From a bacterium (lineage in GTDB: Bacteria > Electryoneota > Electryoneia > Electryoneales > Electryoneaceae), in assembly GCA_963669175.1 (NCBI GenBank), contig OY769902.1:2624001-2688000 (forward strand): DNA of 64,000 nt. Reading direction: 5' to 3'. Numbering within the stretch: the first letter of the stretch is position 1; every line of letters begins with the position of its first letter. Position numbers and translations under genes: made by a program. Below, piece after piece: positions 57,091-64,000 of this stretch. The notes beneath the pieces are model-generated. The model ran no database searches. It was not told where the DNA came from and saw only the letters and a program-made list of their open reading frames with translations.

Positions 57091-57924
57091 ATGAGACAAG
57101 CGATCATCTGTTTATGGGTACTGGGGCTGAGCCTGCTGCTTTGTCTCGGAAACGGTTGCCAGAGATGCGAACAGGAACAGAAGAAGCCAGCCATCGATGC
57201 GGACACAGAAGTGGCGTTCAAAATGGTGTTTATTCCTGTCGCTGATCATAAAGAGCCACTGCATTATGAAGGAACGAGCGAAGAACGTGAGAAGCTGAAA
57301 GAAAGTTTCGCGGAAGCGGAATCATTGCTGGCTGCACAACGTGACATGAATTACAACTTGGTGACAACGACCATGTGGGGACATGAATTTCCCTATCGTG
57401 ATGACCAGGACAATATCTGGACCCTGAGCAAAACGCGACCGTCCAACAATACGGCTACGTATTCACTGATTCGAGGTAAGGATACCGTATACCGTTTTGA
57501 AGCGCCGTTTGCATCCTCCAGCAATATTATAAAGGGATTCATTGCAATGGATTCGACCTGGGTTCTGGGGTACAAGGGATACCGTAAGCAAACACAGGAA
57601 GACAATGGATCCCGTCTGACTTCTAAAATGGTAGTAAATGGAATCGATATCGGTGAACAGGAAGGGTATGATGACGTCTATTTCTTCGGCTGGATCGAGG
57701 GTGAAGTTTTTTATGTATTCAAACAAGATGAACAGTTTAGCTATGTCTATAGGGACAAAGTGAACAACCTTGGCTGGACAAAAGTAATGGATACTGCAGG
57801 GGATGGGAGTTACATATACACTTTTCCTGAAAAGCGAAGCCAGGGCATGTTCTTCCAGGTGCAGGAAGATGGGTACTGGGGATTTGTGGTGTTGTACAGT
57901 GAGTTGATACCGAAGGATGGATGA
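57091..57924 (+). CDS. Putative lipoprotein, paralog 2
   Basis: AGGAG RBS; LGNGC; shares AESLLAAQRDMNYNL and QGMFFQVQEDGYWGFVVLYSE with paralog 1. Confidence 0.75.
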   Translation: MRQAIICLWVLGLSLLLCLGNGCQRCEQEQKKPAIDADTEVAFKMVFIPVADHKEPLHYEGTSEEREKLKESFAEAESLLAAQRDMNYNLVTTTMWGHEFPYRDDQDNIWTLSKTRPSNNTATYSLIRGKDTVYRFEAPFASSSNIIKGFIAMDSTWVLGYKGYRKQTQEDNGSRLTSKMVVNGIDIGEQEGYDDVYFFGWIEGEVFYVFKQDEQFSYVYRDKVNNLGWTKVMDTAGDGSYIYTFPEKRSQGMFFQVQEDGYWGFVVLYSELIPKDG

Positions 57925-57939
57925 GGGGCAGATGAGTGA

Positions 57940-58030
57940 ATATAGAAAAAGGGGACAGTTTCCTTTTCCATAAGTTGTGCGAAAATGTCACGTATTATCG
58001 AGAGGAAAAGGATCCCGTCCCCTTTTCCCG
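57940..58030. repeat. AAAAGGGGACAG..CCTTTT-type REP doublet
   Basis: GAAAAAGGGGACAGTTTCCTTTTCC and GGAAAAGGATCCCGTCCCCTTTTCC; same family as 63317-63505. Confidence 0.7.
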
Positions 58031-58182
58031 ACATACAAAATACGCTATTCAAATGATCGAACTTCGGTTGAAAGTCGAAAGAATGCCGTTATTCTAATCA
58101 TCCTTTTATCCTGTTATCCTGTTCATCTTGAGAGTATCTTGTACATCTTGTGAATAGCAGTGGAGCTGTAAAGGAGAGAGAG

Positions 58183-59835
58183 ATGCAAGTCGTGATTATC
58201 GGTGGTGACGCCGCAGGGTTGAAGACAGCAGCACGTTTACGCAGGCTGGATGCCGATACGGAGATCGTGGTTCTCGAAAAGGGTGATGTCATTTCCTATG
58301 CAGCCTGTGGGCTGCCCTATGTCCTGTCCGGGGATATTGATTCAGTCAATGACCTGTTGACCACGTCGTGGGATGAACCCAAGACCCCGGAGTATTTCAA
58401 ACGGGCCAAGGATGTTGACGTTCGGATCAAGACAGAAGCAGTCGGTATTGACCGGGAAAATAAGCTGGTTACGGCTAAAAATGTCGAGACCGGTGAAATG
58501 ACTGAAATTCCTTATGACAACCTGGTCATCGCGACCGGCGCATCACCGATTCTTCCTCCGGGTGTGACAGGATGCGATCTGGATGGTGTCGGCTGCTTCA
58601 CCAAACCGTCCGAGATGAAAGCGTTGAAGATGGGGTTGGCGCAGGGTGAAATCGGACGTGTGGTGATTCTGGGGGCCGGGTATATCGGGCTGGAACTGTG
58701 CGAAGCCTTCGCCGCTTTGTGGGGCGCGGAAGTCGTTCTGCTGGAGAAGGAAGACCAGGTGCTGCCACGTTTTCTCGATCCTGAAACGGCAAAGCTGGTC
58801 AATGCCGAGCTTGTAAACAATGATATTGAGGTACACTGCGGGGTGACAGTCGCCTCAATCGAAGAATCCGATGACGGTCTGTTGGTGAAAGATACGGACG
58901 GAAACGAGTATACCGGCGATCGTGTGGTTCTGGCTGCCGGGGTGCGTCCGAATACAGCATTGGCGGAACAATGTGATCTGCCCCTGGGTGCGCATGGCGG
59001 CATACAGGTCAATTGCCAGGGCAAAACAGAAGATCCCTACATCTATGCCGCCGGTGACTGCGCCGAGCTGCCGATTGAGGATGGTTCCCACCTGATGCCG
59101 TTGGGATCGATTGCCAACCGCATGGGCCGGGTGGTGGCGAATAACATCATGGGGCAGGAAGATGAAATGCCCTTCCTGCACGGTACAGCAGTCGTGAAAG
59201 TGTTTGATCTGAACGTGGCGATTTGCGGCACCTGCGCCAATAGTCTGAAACGTAAAGGTCTGGAACCGGAAGAATACTGGTCCAGCTTTGATGAACGAGC
59301 GCATTATTACCCGGAAGGTCAGAATGTCAGGATGAAGATTACCTGTTATCCTGGCGGTAAACTGGCGGGGATACAGGTGCTCGGTAAGGGAGAAGTGGTT
59401 CGTTGGGCAAATACCTTTGCACAGGTGATGGACCTGGGCGGGGGAGATGCACGTATGCTCAACCGTCTTGAACATGCCTACGCGCCACCCTTTGCCGCGG
59501 CGATGGACCCGTTACACTACATGGCCTCCATGATCGAACGTGGCCCTGACTGGCAGATGGCCCCGGATACGCTCGAAGACGGTGGTGATGAAGCCTGGAC
59601 CGTGGTTTGCTTGCTGACCGACGCGGAAGAAGCGGAATTGGATAAGCCGGATGTAAAGGGACACTGGCTGCATATTCCGTACAGTCATCTTCGTGAACGC
59701 ATGAGCGAGTTGCCGAAGGATAATGTGGTCCTGATCTGCGCCCTGGGTACACGAAGCTATGATGCCTGTGTAACCCTGCGGAACCTGGGCTACCATGCCA
59801 AGTATATCGCAGGGGGAGTGGCTTTCGGGAAATGA
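58183..59835 (+). CDS. FAD-dependent CoA-disulfide/persulfide reductase with C-terminal rhodanese domain (Npsr/Cdr-RHD-like)
   Basis: IIGGDAAG, SYAACGLPY (redox Cys), GAGYIGLE, YAAGDC, HYYP, AYAPPF, LICALGTRS; AAGGAG RBS. Confidence 0.88.
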   Translation: MQVVIIGGDAAGLKTAARLRRLDADTEIVVLEKGDVISYAACGLPYVLSGDIDSVNDLLTTSWDEPKTPEYFKRAKDVDVRIKTEAVGIDRENKLVTAKNVETGEMTEIPYDNLVIATGASPILPPGVTGCDLDGVGCFTKPSEMKALKMGLAQGEIGRVVILGAGYIGLELCEAFAALWGAEVVLLEKEDQVLPRFLDPETAKLVNAELVNNDIEVHCGVTVASIEESDDGLLVKDTDGNEYTGDRVVLAAGVRPNTALAEQCDLPLGAHGGIQVNCQGKTEDPYIYAAGDCAELPIEDGSHLMPLGSIANRMGRVVANNIMGQEDEMPFLHGTAVVKVFDLNVAICGTCANSLKRKGLEPEEYWSSFDERAHYYPEGQNVRMKITCYPGGKLAGIQVLGKGEVVRWANTFAQVMDLGGGDARMLNRLEHAYAPPFAAAMDPLHYMASMIERGPDWQMAPDTLEDGGDEAWTVVCLLTDAEEAELDKPDVKGHWLHIPYSHLRERMSELPKDNVVLICALGTRSYDACVTLRNLGYHAKYIAGGVAFGK

Positions 59836-59879
59836 AGTTTGAAAGTTCAAAAGTTTGAAAGTTTGAAAGTTGAAAAGTT
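59834..59879. repeat. 8-bp tandem repeat (RAAAGTTT, ~6 copies) beginning at the stop codon
   Basis: Read directly from the sequence. Confidence 0.85.
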
Positions 59880-59890
59880 ATTTTGTCAGC

Positions 59891-59928
59891 AAGCCGGGAC
59901 AGAGCCATAGAAGAGCTGTCCCGGTTTT
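59891..59928 (+). terminator. Terminator hairpin
   Basis: CCGGGACAG...CTGTCCCGG followed by TTTT. Confidence 0.6.
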
Positions 59929-59939
59929 CGTATACAACG

Positions 59940-59963
59940 GTAGCCCGGCCATGCCTGGCCGGG
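59940..59963 (+). repeat. GTAG-type REP-like palindrome
   Basis: GTAG followed by CCCGGCCA-TGCC-TGGCCGGG. Confidence 0.5.
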
Positions 59964-60141
59964 AATGGCATGTTGTATTGCTCGAGATCCCCGTTTTGTT
60001 CACGGCAGTGCTTCGCACCCCGCAAGCTTCGCTACGGTTCAAGCCGAGCCAGACGATTGATGTCTGATACTATTTTCATCTTTCGACTGCCCCTGCTTGC
60101 TCGTCAGCATAGTATATACTAATTCAAAGACCAAGTCGGTA

Positions 60142-62424
60142 CTATTTCATCAGAATCAATCGTTGAATTGAGGTTTGTCCATCAATATCCGCAACCACAA
60201 AGTATATCCCGCTGGATAGCAGACCATTGCAGGCCTGATTGCTGTTCCAATTTAACTCGTGATGCCCCGCGGCAATTTCCCCTGAAATCAGGGTTTGTAC
60301 CCGCTGTCCCAGGATATTAACGATCTCCACCTGGCCGTTCCCTAGTCGTGAAAGGTTCAACGTGATCCGTGTCGAACTGTTGAACGGGTTGGGGTAGGGC
60401 GCGCTCAGATTTACCTGTTGTGGGAGCAAGGATTGGTCTGAGACTTGTTCGTCTACCGAAGTCGGACAGGCTTCGCTGATGTCGAACACTCTGAGGCCTG
60501 TATTGGACGTACAATAGAATCTTTGACCTTCATAGACAATGGAATTAAAGACATCGACATAATCAGGATAATATCCCGTCAGTGCTGGGTGGGCACGATC
60601 TGCTAGATCATAGATCATAAATTCATCTTGACCAGAGCAGTATATAAATAGATATCCCCAGTGAATGGAAATGGCCGATTGATTCTCGAGTAGAATTTCG
60701 TCAACAATTTCAGGTTGTGATGCAATACGAGCATCAATAATCATCAACGAACAGATATAACCATCATCATATTGATAGGCATAGGCATAAAGAAAACCAT
60801 TGTAATATTCACAAAATCTTATGGTATAATTATCCAACGAAAGGGTTGCAATAATTGTGGAATCTGCCGGACGTGTCAAATCGAATACTGTTATCTCATT
60901 TCTAAACGGCGCAAACAGGAAACGATCCGTCCCACAACACCTGTTTGCACCTTCCGGTATCACAAGCCTTTCTTGAAATTGGTCATTTTCAGTATCAAGA
61001 ATGCACATGGATTCATTCCCATATACAGGACCGCAAAATACCACAATTGTAGAGTCGCCTGTCGTCACCATATTTCCAATCACGGGAGCGGTGAATGTAT
61101 CACACGCAACAGGCGTCTGCATGTTGTCCAGATTATACAAGACGACCATGTCATTTCCAGCCTCATTAGAAAGTGCAAGTAGATAGTTGTTTCCGATCAT
61201 GACTTCCGAAAAAACAGTCTCAGTCTCAAGTGTATCAATGACATCCGGAAGCCCGGGTGCGGAAAGATCAAGGATGAAGATGCCCTGTTCTGAATTTGCC
61301 ATATAGCCATAATTATTGAACATACAAATGTCACGTGGACCACCAGGCGCAACTCCAGAAGTGGAAAGCAGCTCAAACCAGTTGTTCTGTCTACTGTAGA
61401 TATCGTAGGATTCACCAGCAGCATGGACAAAATCTCTATCTGCATACCAGACTTTGTGCAACTCACCGATTTCATCAAACAGTCCATACATTTGCGGGGA
61501 TACCGGATTTGTTATATCGTAGATGCGCAACATGTTTCTGTTATACGTCAATTCCAGTAGTCCATTCCTGTATTTCATCTTGTAATCATCATCAGAAAGG
61601 GTAAAACTGCTTTGTAATTCCAGATCATCGTTCTCTTCAGAAAAGGTGTAGATTTCCAGGGTGGCGGGGTGATGAAACCAGGGAACCGTAATCGCATAGA
61701 AGATATCATCCACAATCAATTGCTGAGCGAAACTGTTGAATTCAACATCAGTAAAATCACCGTACAGGTTGTCGATGTAATCCTGTCCTCCGGATAAGTA
61801 GAGAGTTGAATCATGAATAGCAAAATCAACAAAGGGAGTGATATAGTCGCCAACGAATGCTTCGCCTTCATACACTTGCCGAATCGTGTCAGGGTTTGAA
61901 ATGTCATAGATACCAACGGTCACGGTAATGCAGGCAAAGGGCCAATCGGGCGGAGGGGGAGATTCCCACTCGCCACAGATCATGATATAGGGATAACGAA
62001 TGCTTTTTTCCAGGAAACTCGGATTGGAGCCAGTCCCGGCCGGGATTTCCAGTGTATCTAAAGCTATTACCTGGTGATCTTCCTGAACACGGTAGATGAC
62101 CCGTTTGCTGTAAATCAGGTTTTCGTTCACTTGCTCAAATTCAACGGGGAAGCCGTTTGAGTAGTGCGCAGTCTCGACAGGTGAAGCAGGATCGGAAATA
62201 TCCAACCAGGCGTGACCATAGTGCTCGATGCCTAATAATACCGTATCACCAAAGACGGCTATCGATTGGACATCTCCCCAGGACTCGAACATGGTGCCAA
62301 GGCAGGAAACATTCAGGCTGTCCTGGGCATGGGTAACTGAAGAAAAGGGCAAAATGGAAAGAGAAACGAGGATTGAAAGCACAAAAACCTGCGCCAGACG
62401 GAACAACGCATCCTGCTTTACCAT
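60142..62424 (-). CDS. Secreted LVIVD-repeat (beta-propeller) protein with T9SS-like C-terminal domain
   Basis: Signal peptide; repeated (L/I)xI(Y/L)DIS.P..P; C-terminal PYPNPFNS..NILGQRV..SSGIYF. Confidence 0.85.
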   Translation of the reverse strand: MVKQDALFRLAQVFVLSILVSLSILPFSSVTHAQDSLNVSCLGTMFESWGDVQSIAVFGDTVLLGIEHYGHAWLDISDPASPVETAHYSNGFPVEFEQVNENLIYSKRVIYRVQEDHQVIALDTLEIPAGTGSNPSFLEKSIRYPYIMICGEWESPPPPDWPFACITVTVGIYDISNPDTIRQVYEGEAFVGDYITPFVDFAIHDSTLYLSGGQDYIDNLYGDFTDVEFNSFAQQLIVDDIFYAITVPWFHHPATLEIYTFSEENDDLELQSSFTLSDDDYKMKYRNGLLELTYNRNMLRIYDITNPVSPQMYGLFDEIGELHKVWYADRDFVHAAGESYDIYSRQNNWFELLSTSGVAPGGPRDICMFNNYGYMANSEQGIFILDLSAPGLPDVIDTLETETVFSEVMIGNNYLLALSNEAGNDMVVLYNLDNMQTPVACDTFTAPVIGNMVTTGDSTIVVFCGPVYGNESMCILDTENDQFQERLVIPEGANRCCGTDRFLFAPFRNEITVFDLTRPADSTIIATLSLDNYTIRFCEYYNGFLYAYAYQYDDGYICSLMIIDARIASQPEIVDEILLENQSAISIHWGYLFIYCSGQDEFMIYDLADRAHPALTGYYPDYVDVFNSIVYEGQRFYCTSNTGLRVFDISEACPTSVDEQVSDQSLLPQQVNLSAPYPNPFNSSTRITLNLSRLGNGQVEIVNILGQRVQTLISGEIAAGHHELNWNSNQACNGLLSSGIYFVVADIDGQTSIQRLILMK

Positions 62425-62563
62425 AATATTCTCCCCCTCAAAGAATAAGTCTTATTGGGCTTTCGCACTCCCCCTTCATAAAACTACTAACAACATTTCG
62501 CTCTTTTCAAGTGATTCTGGCGTATTGAGCAGACTTTTACCAGATGTACAGTAGGGCGATTTC

Positions 62564-63118
62564 TCAGGACGTCAGGTGATCGACCAGAATTCGGACACCG
62601 ATCAGGATGAGGATAATGCCGGCGCTGATCTCCAGCTTGCCAGACAGACGATTGGTGACAAAAGCCGCAGCACGCATGGAAACAGCCGTGAGCAGGGTGG
62701 TGGTGACGCCTATGATTGTGACGGCGAGCGGAATGCCGATGGTTGTGCCCGGAAGCGCCAATCCAGCACCCAGCGCATCGATGCTGACTGCAATGGAGAG
62801 GCCAATCATTCGCCAGCTACGAGTGAGGTCAACTTCGGAAGCGTGTTCGGTGTCGTCGTTACGGTTGAGGATCATGCGAACACCGAGAAAGGCCAGGACG
62901 CCAAACACCAGCCAATGATCCCAGGGGCCGATCCATTTCAGCAGTACCGTACCGGCCAACGCGCTGGCTAATGGGAATAGCGCCTGGAACAGACCGAAAT
63001 GGAAGGAAATACGGAAAAGGGCACGTCCGCTACGGTAACGTAAGCCTAATGCACCACCTACCGCGGTGGCGTCCATCGCCAAAGCAAGGGATAAAACAAG
63101 TACTTCAACCAGCCCCAT
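62564..63118 (-). CDS. mntP: Manganese efflux pump MntP family
   Basis: ALAMDATAV, FGLFQALFP, WDHW, AVSIDALGAG, EISAGIILI.IG. Confidence 0.88.
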   Translation of the reverse strand: MGLVEVLVLSLALAMDATAVGGALGLRYRSGRALFRISFHFGLFQALFPLASALAGTVLLKWIGPWDHWLVFGVLAFLGVRMILNRNDDTEHASEVDLTRSWRMIGLSIAVSIDALGAGLALPGTTIGIPLAVTIIGVTTTLLTAVSMRAAAFVTNRLSGKLEISAGIILILIGVRILVDHLTS

Positions 63119-63316
63119 CAGGGTTCCTGTGTTTGCTTCGTATCAAACAGGCGATTCTTCTCTTATTATGACTCTTGATTACAACATTTCATCCAAAACG
63201 GAAACTATCGTATGCTGTAGTGCCTAAAAACTTGTTTCTCCGCTGTTTAGAATGCGTAAGATATCGACTTGAGTATTCCTTCTTATGATCATTCAGCAAT
63301 AACAAGCGATAAATCT

Positions 63317-63505
63317 GGTACAGTTACCTTTTCATCAAAGATATTTTCTATATCTTACATCTGTAATCATGAAAAGGTAACAGTACCATTTTTCGCGTGA
63401 TTCCTGCCTGTTCGCAAGAAAAAGGGTACAGCCACCTTTCCCGAACCATATACACACCGGGACCACTTGATTCCAGGGAAAGGAAACTGTCCCCTTTTTC
63501 CATAT
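63317..63505. repeat. Four-copy cluster of AAAGG(G/T)ACAG..CCTTT REP-like units in alternating orientation
   Basis: GGTACAGTTACCTTTTCAT / ATGAAAAGGTAACAGTACC and AAAAGGGTACAGCCACCTTTCCC / GGGAAAGGAAACTGTCCCCTTTTT. The last unit is near-identical to the reverse complement of 57940-57969. Confidence 0.75.
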
Positions 63506-63581
63506 CCTCTTTCTATATCACCAATAGATCGATCGTTTGATACTATCATGACGGTTTATTTTCAAGAGTAGCTATATTTTA

Positions 63582-63602
63582 TCCTAATTCCTAATTCCTA
63601 AT
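63582..63602. repeat. 7-bp tandem repeat (TCCTAAT x3) just after the recG stop
   Basis: Read directly from the sequence. Confidence 0.7.
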
Positions 63603-63608
63603 TAAGCT

Positions 63609-64000
63609 CTATCCCACTTTGATCCATTGCATTTTGTCTTTCGCCATTTCCTGGAACGCTTCCCGGAGTTCCGGCCAGGTCCGCAGGGTGACATCTTTGT
63701 TGATCAGTTCGTCGGCAGCGTGGCGGGCGCGCATGAGGAGCTGCTGATCGTTGACGATATCCGCGAATTTCAGTTCCGGCATGCCATGTTGACGTGTGCC
63801 GAAGACATCCCCGCTGCCACGCAGGCGCAGGTCTTCTTCCGCGATGACGAAGCCGTCGAGAGTATTGATCATCGTCTTGATACGTGAACGCGCTACTTCA
63901 GTTACCGGCGGATAGCCCACGAGGTAACAACGGCTGTCGTTGCCGCCACGTCCGACTCGTCCACGTAACTGGTGCAACTGCGACAGGCCGAACCGTTCCG
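63609..64000 (-). CDS. recG: ATP-dependent DNA helicase RecG, C-terminal part
   Basis: ERFGLSQLHQLRGRVGRG, DGFVIAEEDLRLRGSGDVFGTRQHG (motif VI and TRG motif). Confidence 0.95.
   Translation of the reverse strand, partial: ERFGLSQLHQLRGRVGRGGNDSRCYLVGYPPVTEVARSRIKTMINTLDGFVIAEEDLRLRGSGDVFGTRQHGMPELKFADIVNDQQLLMRARHAADELINKDVTLRTWPELREAFQEMAKDKMQWIKVG

Noticed and set aside
56940-57902. DGR template/variable repeat pair
   Set aside because: Both copies are coding, the three differences are not adenine-only and do not change the protein, and there is no reverse transcriptase.
63119-63310. yybP-ykoY Mn riboswitch upstream of mntP
   Set aside because: I could not find the characteristic GGGGAGTAG/GAGACC-type motifs on the minus strand.

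Overview
Bacterial chromosomal window, about 50-55% GC in coding regions by eye. It most likely comes from an anaerobic member of the FCB superphylum or a related candidate phylum; this is inferred from two YPNPFN/FlgD-Ig (T9SS-like) C-terminal domains occurring alongside dsr genes. Housekeeping and metabolic genes: liuB/liuC-like leucine catabolism, yceI, phzF-like, mutT-like, uxs, lutABC, ugd, a SAM methyltransferase, ftsB, eno, an M1 peptidase, ppa, mntP and partial recG. Sulfur metabolism: a complete dsrT-dsrMKJOP operon behind a perfect Rex-type box, and a rhodanese-fused CoA-persulfide reductase. Other notable proteins: a MIO-family lyase with Ala-Cys-Gly in place of Ala-Ser-Gly, and a 15.7-kb gene for a ~5,200-aa secreted protein of ~42 FN3-like repeats. 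That giant protein has loop insertions ending in (D/E)LD motifs and lies next to a secreted WD40-caspase gene. The intergenic DNA is unusually rich in palindromic elements, with at least seven families, two of them showing compensatory base changes. One IS200-like/RAYT HUH transposase sits beside two inverted, covarying REP-like units that bracket ~28 copies of a 17-bp tandem repeat. Simple tandem repeats recur next to these palindromic elements. No rRNA, tRNA or CRISPR array was seen.
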